A DNA stretch of 64,000 nt from Candidatus Sumerlaeaceae bacterium. Lineage in GTDB: Bacteria > Sumerlaeota > Sumerlaeia > Sumerlaeales > Sumerlaeaceae. Under the pieces are notes generated by a model, which worked only from the letters and a program-made list of their open reading frames with translations, had not been told where the DNA came from and made no database searches. The position numbers were made by a program, and so were the translations under genes. Positions within the stretch are counted from its first letter, which is position 1, and each line of letters starts with the position of its first letter. Location of the stretch: contig JBMFRB010000001.1 in assembly GCA_049968255.1 (NCBI GenBank), positions 256,001 through 320,000 on the forward strand, in the 5' to 3' direction. Shown piece by piece: positions 19,893 to 29,791 of the stretch.

Positions 19893-21647
19893 TTAGCCGG
19901 CCGCTTCGAGCTCAGTGAGGAGGCGCAACAGGTCATCCATTTTGTCTTCCAGCGCATCCTTGTCGCCTGCGTTGAGCAGATCTTTGAGCTGCTGAGCCTG
20001 CTCGCGCACCTGCTTGGCCAGTGGATGCGAGCCATGTGCAGAAAGCAGCGCGTTTGCCCGCGAGATGAGATTCTGAGCTTCGTCCACGATGGACTGCTTC
20101 ATCCGTTCGCGGAGCATGCGGGTGACGCGCTCGCGGGCTTCCTTGATCATGCGCTGCTTTTCGGCCTCCGACAAACGCGTTGCTGTGGCGGCAATGGTGA
20201 TTTTCTTCTCGACACCTGTCGCGAGATCTTCGGCCCGGACCTCGAGAATGCGGTCTGCATTGAGCTTGAACGTTACTTCGATGCGTGGGACCCCACGCGG
20301 TGCAGGTGTAATCCCCTCAATGCGCAACAGATCGAGGAAGGTGTTCTCGGATGCAATGGGCTCCTCCCCTTCGTATATGGGGAAGCTGATGGCTTCCTGA
20401 AAATCACGGGTTGTGGTGAAGATGTCTTTAGCTTCTGTGGGATAGGTCGAGTTGCGCTCGATGATTGGGGCAAACTGGTCGTTCTGAAGTCCAACACCGA
20501 GGGAGAACGGCGTCATGTGAATAATAACGGGCTTTTCTTTTCCGTAGCGAGCCGCAAGAGTGTCCTCGATGTCGCCGCCCAGCGGAGCGAGGACGAGTGA
20601 CTGCACCGCAGCTCCCATGGCCACAACTTCATCCGGCGAAATGTCCCGATGGGGCGTTTTGCCAAGCGTTTCCTTGACCACGCGTTGGATAGCTGGCATG
20701 CGCGTCTGACCACCGACCAACAGAATTGTATCAATCTTCTCCGGGGTGAGATGCGCATCTTCGATTGCTTTGAGCATTGGCTCGATCGTGGCTTTCACGA
20801 GATCATCGGTGAGCGCTTCGAGTGTTTGGCGCGTCAGGACAGTGTCGAGCGTGAGTGGCCCCTTCTCGGTCATTGTGATGGCTTCGACCAGGATGTGGGT
20901 TTCTTTCAGCTCGCTCAATTCTATCTTCGCTTCTTCGGCCGCTTCTTTTAGGCGCTGCATCGCGATAGGATCGTCGCTGAGATCAATGCCGTGTTGATTC
21001 TTGAACTCTTCGAGCAGCCACTCCTGGATGCGTTTGTCAAAATCGTCGCCGCCGAGGTGCGTATTGCCTTGAATGGCTAGCACCTGAAAAACGCCGGACA
21101 TGACTTCGATGATAGAGACGTCGAACGTGCCGCCCCCCAGGTCGTAAACGAGGATTGTTTGATCCTCGGCTTTGTCCATGCCGTAAGCGAGAGCGGCGGC
21201 CGTGGGCTCGTCGATGATTCGTCGCACCTTGAGGCCGGCAATCTCGCCCGCGTCTTTCGTGGCCTGACGTTGCGCATCGGTAAAATACGCCGGCACAGTG
21301 ATCACTGCCTGGTTGACTTCCTCCCCGAAGTAATCCTCCGTGTCGGTTTTGAGTTTTTGGAGGATCATGGCTGAAATCTCTTGGGGCGTGTACTGCTTTC
21401 CGTCAATGGTGACACGGTAATTTGTGCCCATGTGGCGTTTGATAGAAAACACTGTCCGGCCAACGTTCATCACCGCGGCGCGTTTGGCTTTTTTGCCGAC
21501 AAGGATTTCCCCGCTTTTGGTGAAAGCCACCACCGACGGCGTCAACCGTTCCCCTAGGCTATTGGGTACGATCATTGGGCCGTTCTTCTCGTAAACGGCG
21601 ACCACGGAGTTCGTGGTGCCTAGGTCAATTCCCATGATTCGGCTCAT
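19893..21647 (-). CDS. dnaK: Hsp70/DnaK-family chaperone (divergent paralogue)
   Basis: GIDLGTTNS, TVPAYFTDAQRQATKDAG, EPTAAALAYG, YDLGGGTFDVS, VGGQTRMP; atypical linker and short C-terminus. Confidence 0.9.
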   Translation of the reverse strand: MSRIMGIDLGTTNSVVAVYEKNGPMIVPNSLGERLTPSVVAFTKSGEILVGKKAKRAAVMNVGRTVFSIKRHMGTNYRVTIDGKQYTPQEISAMILQKLKTDTEDYFGEEVNQAVITVPAYFTDAQRQATKDAGEIAGLKVRRIIDEPTAAALAYGMDKAEDQTILVYDLGGGTFDVSIIEVMSGVFQVLAIQGNTHLGGDDFDKRIQEWLLEEFKNQHGIDLSDDPIAMQRLKEAAEEAKIELSELKETHILVEAITMTEKGPLTLDTVLTRQTLEALTDDLVKATIEPMLKAIEDAHLTPEKIDTILLVGGQTRMPAIQRVVKETLGKTPHRDISPDEVVAMGAAVQSLVLAPLGGDIEDTLAARYGKEKPVIIHMTPFSLGVGLQNDQFAPIIERNSTYPTEAKDIFTTTRDFQEAISFPIYEGEEPIASENTFLDLLRIEGITPAPRGVPRIEVTFKLNADRILEVRAEDLATGVEKKITIAATATRLSEAEKQRMIKEARERVTRMLRERMKQSIVDEAQNLISRANALLSAHGSHPLAKQVREQAQQLKDLLNAGDKDALEDKMDDLLRLLTELEAAG

Positions 21648-21656
21648 GGTTCGTCC

Positions 21657-22196
21657 TTAACTCCTCTCATTATAAGCCACAACAACTTTTGCATCCCGAA
21701 GCAGTTTACCCCGGAACATATAGGCTTTTTGCCGTTCACTTATGACCGTGTCATGTGGGTGCTCGGTTGACGGGCGATATTCAACAACATCGTGAATATT
21801 GAGGTCAACCTTTTTCCCAACAGTATTTAGTTGCTGGAGGCCGTAGCTTTCGAGCAAGCGCAAAAGGCGGTAGTAGATGCTCTCCACGGCTTTGAGCCAA
21901 TTGTCGATTTCGTCGTTTTTGGGATAAGCCCGTGCCATGGCCAAGACGCGATCAAAAGCATCGAGCGTGGGCAAAAGCTGCCTGATAAATTTTTCTAATT
22001 CTTCGGGCTTGCCCTGGCACCGGAGGAGTTCCTCCTTCTCGAATTCGAGGTCGGCAAGCCGCTTCATTGTTTCGGCGACGCTCGACAGCAGGTCTTTCTC
22101 GGACACGACCTCGTCGGGCATCTGAAGATTAACCGGTTTTTCGTCAATCACAAACTCGCGAGCGAGAATCGGTTCGAGGATCCACGTATCTTTCAT
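21657..22196 (-). CDS. grpE: GrpE-like nucleotide exchange factor
   Basis: LLPTLDAFDR, GKKVDLNIHDVV, QKAYMFRGKLLRDAKVVV; directly upstream of the Hsp70 gene. Confidence 0.85.
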   Translation of the reverse strand: MKDTWILEPILAREFVIDEKPVNLQMPDEVVSEKDLLSSVAETMKRLADLEFEKEELLRCQGKPEELEKFIRQLLPTLDAFDRVLAMARAYPKNDEIDNWLKAVESIYYRLLRLLESYGLQQLNTVGKKVDLNIHDVVEYRPSTEHPHDTVISERQKAYMFRGKLLRDAKVVVAYNERS

Positions 22197-23482
22197 GCGC
22201 GCAGACGAATCTCCGAAATCGCTTTCTTGGCGAGCTTGTTTTTAGGATCTAATTCAAGGACTTTCTGGAACTCCGTGAGGGCTGCACGTCGATCGCCTTT
22301 GCGCAGTAAGGTGTCGGCGATTTCGTAATGGACCTCCCACGCTTTGGGCATGAGCTTCAAAAGTTCCTTGAAATGGACGAGGGCCTGTGTGAAGTGTCCC
22401 CCTTCTTTGAGCTTTTTGCCAACAGCCAAGCGCGCGCGAGCCATGGAATCGCGGATGGAAGAATTTTTCGGATCCTGGGCAAGGGCGCGGCGCCATGTGC
22501 TAAAGGCCATCTCGAACTTGCCCGCATTGAGATAGGCCCACCCGAGCAAATTCACCACATCAATGTTCTTTGGAAATTGCGCGTGGAGACTGAGAAGCTC
22601 CTCGATCGCTTCGTCGAACTTCTGCTCTTCCAAGAGCGTGGCGGCCACATTGTAGCGCGCCTCGAAATCGTTGGGGTTGTACTTGAGAATCTCACGATAC
22701 TGCTCGACAGCTTCCTGCTTAGTTTCGGGTGTTGGTACGCTTTGCAGTGCTCTCCCCCCGTGGTGTTTGTGGACCTCGATGATGCAGTTGCGCAGGTATT
22801 CGTTTGACGGATCTTTTTCCAGCTCCAATTTCCACCGGCGGATCGTTTCTTGCCAATACTTCTCCGCTTGGTCATGGCGTCCGAGCTGCTCGTAAGCAAT
22901 GGCAAGATTATGGATCAGCTCCGTGTTGCCGGGATCCATCTGGAGCGCGAGCTCCCACAAATTCACAGCTTCGTCGAGTAGATCGTGAAGTGCGTAATAA
23001 TAAGCAAGGTAGGCGTAGGCGAAGAACAGATTGTTTTTTGCGCGTTGGTGAGTGGGGTCAAGCTTCAGGACCGCCTGCCAATCTTTGATGGCTTCCGACC
23101 ACAATTTCTTCTGTGCGTTGCGATAGCTGCGCTTCATGTAATTGAGAATAAGCGCAGGTTTGATGGCAGGATTTTCGGGCTCACTTTCGAGCTGTCGCTC
23201 GAGTTCCCTAATTCGGCCGAGAATATCCGGTAGAGGATCTTCCTGTTTTTCCTCAGGCGAAAACGCAAACTCGCCCCTGATGAAATTGTAGGTGAAGACG
23301 TCTTCTTTGGCGCGCTTTACAGGGTCGCGAAGCCGGTCATAAGCGTTTTGGATGATCATGAAGCGCTCGGAGTGCTGCTCGGGATCGTAGCGCTTCACAA
23401 GCTCGATGTAAGCGCGCTTAATTTCCTGCTCGCTGGCCCCTTTGCGCAGGTTCAGTATGGCATAAGCGCTTTGCTCTGGCAT
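22193..23482 (-). CDS. J-domain-like + TPR repeat protein
   Basis: N-terminal AYAILNL...ASEQEIKRAY...YDPE...RFMIIQNAYDRLRDP followed by multiple TPRs; 4-bp overlap with grpE. Confidence 0.88.
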   Translation of the reverse strand: MPEQSAYAILNLRKGASEQEIKRAYIELVKRYDPEQHSERFMIIQNAYDRLRDPVKRAKEDVFTYNFIRGEFAFSPEEKQEDPLPDILGRIRELERQLESEPENPAIKPALILNYMKRSYRNAQKKLWSEAIKDWQAVLKLDPTHQRAKNNLFFAYAYLAYYYALHDLLDEAVNLWELALQMDPGNTELIHNLAIAYEQLGRHDQAEKYWQETIRRWKLELEKDPSNEYLRNCIIEVHKHHGGRALQSVPTPETKQEAVEQYREILKYNPNDFEARYNVAATLLEEQKFDEAIEELLSLHAQFPKNIDVVNLLGWAYLNAGKFEMAFSTWRRALAQDPKNSSIRDSMARARLAVGKKLKEGGHFTQALVHFKELLKLMPKAWEVHYEIADTLLRKGDRRAALTEFQKVLELDPKNKLAKKAISEIRLRA

Positions 23483-23681
23483 TGTTGTCTGCGGTTACCC
23501 AGCCTCAGCTTTTCGATTTTCTCAACACGATCGTAGTGTTCACTTCAAAGGAGAGCAACATAAAACCGTTCCTCTCTCGCTGCCATGCGGATCGCTGCAA
23601 TCGACCAATGCTCGTTGCTATTTACCCCCCGCCTCCTGTTTGTGGTCAACAGTCGGCGGGGGACGCCAATTCGTTTTTGTG

Positions 23682-25226
23682 TCACTTTGCATGCATGCCT
23701 GCGGATGCAAGCCAGGTCGCACGGGCACTTTCGTTGCCGCAGCGGTCGACTGCCGAAACAGCGACGATCTCGGGAAGCGCTCCATCTTTGTCTGGCGCAA
23801 ACACCTTCGACTCGACCTGAGCCGGCAGAATTTCGGTAGACCATTTCGAACCCGTTTTTGCGTGCACCACCCAAACACGCACGTCGTTGGGATCCTTGGG
23901 TTTCCAAGCAGCAAGAAGTTTCTGGTCCTCGCGTGTGACTTCGAGCGACGGCTTAGCCGGAACTTTGGCGTCGAGCCAGGGCATCGCAGGAACCAGCGCT
24001 GGCTTGTCATAGATACCTGACGTTGTGAGTTCGTCATTGATGCCAAGACGATTTTCCATGAAGACCGACATGCTGAAATGCACCTGCCCACTGGGCTTGA
24101 CGAGGATGCGCGTCCACTTGATCTGGTTAATGATCTCCTCGGACGTCCAACTGGTCTTGCTCTTATCTCCCACTTTGCTTGTGAAGAGACCAGGCCAAAT
24201 GTGGCGCTTCATTTTATTCTGCTCGCTCCACCACGTCAGCAAAGCCACAAAGCTCTGCTCAGGGGCCGCAATTCGCCAGTAGAGCTGAGGCGTCCAATAG
24301 TCTACCCAACCTTTTTCGAGCCATAAACGTGCATCCGCGTAAAGCTTATCATATTGGCTGAAACCTTTCACTTGGGGCGGATAGCCCGGCTTCCAAATCC
24401 CGAAGGGGCTGAGGCCGAACTTCACCCATGGTTTGTCCTGCTTGATGCCTTTATAGAGGCGTTCCATGAGCGAGTTCACTGCCTGACGACGCCAATCCGC
24501 CCGATCGAGCTTTCCTCCACTACGTCGGTATGCTTGGTATGTCTCCTCATCCGGAAAATCTAGTTCCTTGCCCGTTGCCTTGTCCTTCTCTGGATATGGG
24601 TAAAAATAATCGTCCATGTGCACGCCGTCTATGTCGTAGCGCTTCACGACGTCCATAACGACAGCGTACGTGTGGTCTTGGACTTCTTTATCCGCGGGAT
24701 TCAGCCAGAGATAACTGCCATACTTTTTTACGAGTTGCGGTTTGGTTTTGCTGACGTGGTCTTCCGAAATAGGCCCCTTGTAACTGGGGTGCAAAGCGCG
24801 ATAAGGATTGAACCAGGCATGGAGTTCCAAACCGCGTTTGTGGCATTCGTCGACCGCGAAGGCGAGTGGATCGTAGTAGGGCTCGGGTGCCTTGCCCATT
24901 GTGCCAGTGAGATAGGGCGACCACGGTTCGAGCTTCGAAGCGTAGAGCGCGTCGCAGGCAGGGCGCACTTGAAGCACGATGCCGTTGAGATTCAGGGCCT
25001 TAGCTTTTTCGAGAATCGCAATCAGCTCCGCCTTTTGCTGCTCGACGGAGGAACGCGCCGCGCTGCTTGGCCAATCAATGTTAGCTACGGTAGCCACCCA
25101 TACCCCTCGAAACTCACGTTGCACTTCGGGGAAAGTGGTGACGGAGTCGGCCGAGGGCTTTGCGCTGGCAGCCATCCCGGCCAAGACAACTGCGGCACTC
25201 AATGTGCGGAGCCCTAAGTTTTTCAT
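23682..25226 (-). CDS. Secreted GHL10/DUF187 (YddW/DigH-like) glycoside hydrolase
   Basis: Signal peptide; EFRGVWVATVANIDWPS, ELHAWFNPYR, YDIDGVHMDDYFYPY, PQLYW. Confidence 0.9.
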   Translation of the reverse strand: MKNLGLRTLSAAVVLAGMAASAKPSADSVTTFPEVQREFRGVWVATVANIDWPSSAARSSVEQQKAELIAILEKAKALNLNGIVLQVRPACDALYASKLEPWSPYLTGTMGKAPEPYYDPLAFAVDECHKRGLELHAWFNPYRALHPSYKGPISEDHVSKTKPQLVKKYGSYLWLNPADKEVQDHTYAVVMDVVKRYDIDGVHMDDYFYPYPEKDKATGKELDFPDEETYQAYRRSGGKLDRADWRRQAVNSLMERLYKGIKQDKPWVKFGLSPFGIWKPGYPPQVKGFSQYDKLYADARLWLEKGWVDYWTPQLYWRIAAPEQSFVALLTWWSEQNKMKRHIWPGLFTSKVGDKSKTSWTSEEIINQIKWTRILVKPSGQVHFSMSVFMENRLGINDELTTSGIYDKPALVPAMPWLDAKVPAKPSLEVTREDQKLLAAWKPKDPNDVRVWVVHAKTGSKWSTEILPAQVESKVFAPDKDGALPEIVAVSAVDRCGNESARATWLASAGMHAK

Positions 25227-25372
25227 ATAACCCCTCCAAAATTATTTTACTCTCTTAGCTCTGTCTGCAAGTGGTACTCGATAAGGAGAGGGTCAATTGC
25301 AATCGGATTGTCTGCAATGTTTTGCGTCGAAATTGCTTGTTCTCGAACCTCAAAACAACTCATAATTACGCT

Positions 25373-25570
25373 ATGATCGCTACGGCACAATTTGTCTGCG
25401 CATATTGCGGCAGCGTGAACGTGATTGAAGTGGATCCGTCGGCCGGCCGACAGCAAGAGTACGAAGAAGATTGCCAAGTGTGCTGCAATCCAAACTTGTT
25501 ACGGATAGCGCTGTGGGACGACGGTCGTGGCGCGGACGTGGACGCAACGCGTGAAGATGGCAACGCGTGA
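25373..25570 (+). CDS. CPXCG-motif cysteine-rich small protein
   Basis: CAYCG...DPSAG.Q.YEEDCQVCCNP family pattern. Confidence 0.8.
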   Translation: MIATAQFVCAYCGSVNVIEVDPSAGRQQEYEEDCQVCCNPNLLRIALWDDGRGADVDATREDGNA

Positions 25571-25771
25571 AGTCATGTGCCCGGACCCGAAGCTCAAGCA
25601 CGTGGCATGATTTACGGCGGGATGCGAGGAGGGGGAAGCGTGCTGCATTTTGCTGCAAGAAGGTGGTAGAAAGTCACAAAAGATATACGAGTATTCGCGA
25701 GTCATTTTGACCACAAGATAACTTTTTGTTCGCTCCCGTTCCCGTGGACGAAGGTTAGGAGGTTATGAGTG

Positions 25772-26314
25772 ATGAAGCGGACAGTTCCTGTGGTTCATGT
25801 GAAACTACTGGTTCTTCTCGCGGTGGTGGCGGTGGTGAGTTCAGGCTGCCGCGGCTTCATGAAAGATTCCCCATTTGCTCGTTGGTTTGGAAAAGCTGTC
25901 GGCGCAGGTCAGGGCCCAACGTCGCTCGAGAGCTCGATGCTGCCTGAGCCAATTCGAGATAAAGCAACCCGCAGTGTTCCTGAGCTCCAACCGATTTACT
26001 TCGAGTTCGATAGCGCCGAGCTTCTCGCCCCGGCCAAAGAACAATTGCAGCGCAACGCCGAGTGGCTGAAGCAGAACACCCGCGTGCACGTGCAGATTGA
26101 GGGACATTGCGACGAGCGTGGGACTGCAGAATATAATTACGCACTCGGCCAGCGACGCGCCGACGCAGCGCGGATGTTCCTTATCCAGGAAGGGATCGCT
26201 CCGGCCAGGTTACACACGATCAGCTACGGCGCCGAGAGACCGGCTGATCCGGGTCACAATGACATGGCATGGGCGCGTAATCGGCGGGTTGAATTCAAAA
26301 TTTACGGCGAATAG
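25772..26314 (+). CDS. pal: Peptidoglycan-associated lipoprotein (OmpA-like)
   Basis: Lipobox VSSGC; IYFEFDS, IEGHCDERGTAEYNYALGQRRA, ISYGAERP, NRRVE. Confidence 0.9.
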   Translation: MKRTVPVVHVKLLVLLAVVAVVSSGCRGFMKDSPFARWFGKAVGAGQGPTSLESSMLPEPIRDKATRSVPELQPIYFEFDSAELLAPAKEQLQRNAEWLKQNTRVHVQIEGHCDERGTAEYNYALGQRRADAARMFLIQEGIAPARLHTISYGAERPADPGHNDMAWARNRRVEFKIYGE

Positions 26315-26317
26315 CGT

Positions 26318-27271
26318 ATGGCGAGTTCAAGGCATGCATCGGTGTGGCACTCCGGGGGAGGGGTGGCAATGGCTGTGTGGGTCTGTTGTTTCTTGTTGTG
26401 TGCCAGCGCCCTCGCTGGGCCAGACCCCGACACCACTCGAATTGTCTCGCTGCTTCCCTCGTTTACAGAGATTGCGTATGAGTTGGGTGCAGGGGACATG
26501 ATCGTCGGGGTGAGCGACTTTTGCCGTTATCCCACAGCGGCCCAGCAAAAACCGCGAGTCGGAGGGTTGCTAAACCCCAACCTAGAGCGAATGGTGGCCT
26601 TGCAGCCGACAGTGGTCGTGTTAAGCAACGCACAGGGAGATCTGAAAGAAAAGCTTGAACACCTAAAGATAACCGTGCGCACTTTCCCTACCGACACACT
26701 GGAAGATGTGTTCCGCCTCGTGCAGGAAGCAGGGAATTTGTCCGGCTGTCAGGATTCAGCGCGTGCTCTGGAACAGCAACTGCGCGGATGTTTGCGTGCG
26801 ATCGAGAGCGAAACGTCTCGCAGCACACCATGTCGGGTAATTTTGGTCGTAAGCCGACAGCCTGCTTCCCTTCGCGACATCTACGTCGCTGGTCCGACTT
26901 CCTACCTGGGGCAACTTGTGCGAGTGGCCGGGAACATTCCCGTCGCTCCTGATGTCACGAGGGCTTACCCGCCGATCACCAAGGAAGAGATTGTCGCGGC
27001 TAATCCAGACGTGATCCTCGATTTTTCTCTTGGAGAACAAGGTGACAATCCTGTGGCGACGCAGCGTCACCTGGCCGCATGGGAACAATTGTCAACTCTG
27101 GAAGCGGTGAAAAAAAAACAGATTTACGCGCTCTCGGACGCACATGCCACAATTCCTGGTCCTTTTATGTGCGAGACGGCGCGGAAGATTGCGAGTTTTT
27201 TAGCAAACTCACGTCGCGTGGGCGCAGCTGAAAGACCGACACATTTTGGACGAGTTGCAAATCGTCGGTGA
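26318..27271 (+). CDS. Cobalamin/iron-siderophore ABC substrate-binding protein (BtuF-like)
   Basis: RIVSLLPSFTEI, VGVSDFCRYP, NPNLERMVALQP. Confidence 0.85.
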   Translation: MASSRHASVWHSGGGVAMAVWVCCFLLCASALAGPDPDTTRIVSLLPSFTEIAYELGAGDMIVGVSDFCRYPTAAQQKPRVGGLLNPNLERMVALQPTVVVLSNAQGDLKEKLEHLKITVRTFPTDTLEDVFRLVQEAGNLSGCQDSARALEQQLRGCLRAIESETSRSTPCRVILVVSRQPASLRDIYVAGPTSYLGQLVRVAGNIPVAPDVTRAYPPITKEEIVAANPDVILDFSLGEQGDNPVATQRHLAAWEQLSTLEAVKKKQIYALSDAHATIPGPFMCETARKIASFLANSRRVGAAERPTHFGRVANRR

Positions 27272-28071
27272 ATAGGACCGTTTCCGCCCATTCAACCTCC
27301 CAAGCATGCCTCGTCGCTGATGAGGTCAGCTTTAGTTACGACGGAAAGCGCTGCGTCGTCGAGAGGGTCTCCTTTGATCTGAAAGCAGGCGAGTTTCTTG
27401 GTCTTATTGGGCCGAATGGAGCAGGAAAGTCAACGCTTTTGCGGGTGCTGAGTGGAAGCCTGGCCCCTACAGCAGGTCATGTTCTTCTGAATGGGCACAA
27501 CCTTTATCGGTTAGCAAAATATCAGATCGCTCAACAGATCTCTTTCGTTCCTCAAAAAACTGCAAGTGTTTTTCCCTTTCGCGTGATCGAAATGGTTTTG
27601 ATGGGACGGCAACCGTACGCTGGCTTTGCGCTTTTCGAGGACGAACATGATTTGGAGATTGTGGAGAACGCACTTGAACGCACGGGTATCAAGCATTTGC
27701 GAAACAAATTCTTCCACGAGCTCAGTGGCGGCGAGCAACAGCTCGTCGTGCTGGCGCGCGCCCTGGCCCAGGAAACACGCATTTTGGTGCTTGACGAGCC
27801 TGTAACTTTTCTCGACCTGCGGCATCAGTGGGAGATTTTGTGCATCTTGCGCGAGCTGGTCGAACAAGGTGCGGCCGTGCTCGCCACTTTTCACGATCTG
27901 AATGCAGCAGCGCGCTGGTGCACTGAGGTGGCCTTGATGGTGAGGGGAAGCCTCGTGGCGAAAGGAAATGCGCAGGATGTCTTGCGCGAACACATCCTCT
28001 GGGAAGCTTATGGGCTCCGAGTCAGAGTCGAGAAACGGACCGGCGGTGAGGTGAGGGTCGAGCTTCCATGA
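27268..28071 (+). CDS. ABC ATP-binding protein (BtuD/FecE-like)
   Basis: GPNGAGKST, LSGGEQQ, LVLDEP. Confidence 0.92.
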   Translation: MNRTVSAHSTSQACLVADEVSFSYDGKRCVVERVSFDLKAGEFLGLIGPNGAGKSTLLRVLSGSLAPTAGHVLLNGHNLYRLAKYQIAQQISFVPQKTASVFPFRVIEMVLMGRQPYAGFALFEDEHDLEIVENALERTGIKHLRNKFFHELSGGEQQLVVLARALAQETRILVLDEPVTFLDLRHQWEILCILRELVEQGAAVLATFHDLNAAARWCTEVALMVRGSLVAKGNAQDVLREHILWEAYGLRVRVEKRTGGEVRVELP

Positions 28072-29132
28072 GCGCAAATAAATTGAACACTGCTGGTTCG
28101 TTGGCTCTCCACGTCAACATTGGACTGATTCTGACGTCTGTTCTCGTTTTAGCGATTCCATTTGTGGGAAGTGGTGTGGACGTGTGGTCCGCGTTGCGCG
28201 AAGGGCCATTTGCGGAACAACCGTCGCCGTCGGGAATGATCTTCTGGCAAACCCGCCTGCCACGTGTGTTAGCAGCGTTAGGTTCAGGTGCTGCGCTTGC
28301 CATGGCCGGCGTGGCTTTTCAGGCGATTCTCCGAAACCCCCTTGCCGAGCCATATATCTTAGGGATCTCGGGCGGGGCTGCTCTGGGAAAGGCCGTTGTC
28401 CTCCTGTTAGCGGGTGGTGTTCAAGGCGCCCTTATCGGGATGACCAATGGAGGAGCATTTTTGGGTGCTCTTGCGCCAGTCCTCATTCTCCACGGTTTGC
28501 GGCGGCGGCGGCGTCACTGGAGTTCCGAGACCGTTTTGCTTGCGGGAGTGGTGATGAATGTTCTGGCCTCCGCGCTTTTACTCCTCATCCAGTTCTTCTC
28601 CGATTTCACCCTTGTACGACAGATGTTTGCATGGACACTGGGGGGGCTCGACATTGTGGGCTATCAGCCGCTTGTCGTTCTCTGGCCGGCGGTCATTCTC
28701 GGCGGTGTGATTCTCACTTGGTTAGGACGCGCATTGAATGTCCTCGCATTGGGCACGATGATGGCCACCCATCTCGGGGTCAACGTCCACCGTGTGGTCG
28801 CGGGGGCGGTCTGGCTCGGAGCTCTCCTCACCGCAACAAGTGTGGCGGTCGCAGGCCCGATCGGATTTGTTGGCTTGCTTGTGCCGCATATCCTCCGAGC
28901 TTTTGTGGGAAGCGATCACAGACGGCTCATTCCGCTTTCCGCTATCTACGGAGGGCTTTTTCTCCTCGTGTGCGATTTTCTTGGCTGGCGCGGCCTGGAG
29001 CTTTTTGCGTTAGCAGGAGTTTTCCACGGTCATCCGAGCGAAATTCCAGTAGGCATCATCACGGCTTGCGTCGGCGGAATCTTTTTCCTCTGGTTGCTGT
29101 TTCGGCGCGAGGATAACGAATGTGATTTGTAG
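28068..29132 (+). CDS. ABC permease (BtuC/FecCD family)
   Basis: RLPR, LRNPLAEPYILGISGGA, GPIGFVGLLVPH, EIPVGIITA. Confidence 0.92.
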   Translation: MSANKLNTAGSLALHVNIGLILTSVLVLAIPFVGSGVDVWSALREGPFAEQPSPSGMIFWQTRLPRVLAALGSGAALAMAGVAFQAILRNPLAEPYILGISGGAALGKAVVLLLAGGVQGALIGMTNGGAFLGALAPVLILHGLRRRRRHWSSETVLLAGVVMNVLASALLLLIQFFSDFTLVRQMFAWTLGGLDIVGYQPLVVLWPAVILGGVILTWLGRALNVLALGTMMATHLGVNVHRVVAGAVWLGALLTATSVAVAGPIGFVGLLVPHILRAFVGSDHRRLIPLSAIYGGLFLLVCDFLGWRGLELFALAGVFHGHPSEIPVGIITACVGGIFFLWLLFRREDNECDL

Positions 29133-29173
29133 AGATCGCATAGATTGGTCGCGACTCATTGTATTCTCTCATG

Positions 29174-29644
<471 letters not shown>

Positions 29645-29791
29645 AAGCCGTCGCAATATGGCTCCGCTGAGCGAAAGCAGCCGGCGGAGTCTACCTTTTC
29701 GCGCATGACCCGTCCGTCATAACGACAAAGTGGTCGCATTCGTCGAAATCGCTCGAGACTTGCTGGAGCGAACCGCCAAGGCACTGGAAAG

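Noticed and set aside
23483-23681. CIRCE heat-shock element before the Hsp70 operon
   Set aside because: No TTAGCACTC-N9-GAGTGCTAA inverted repeat.
25571-25771. Cobalamin riboswitch upstream of pal and the Btu-like operon
   Set aside because: B12-box elements (GCCACTG...GGGAAG) are not present.
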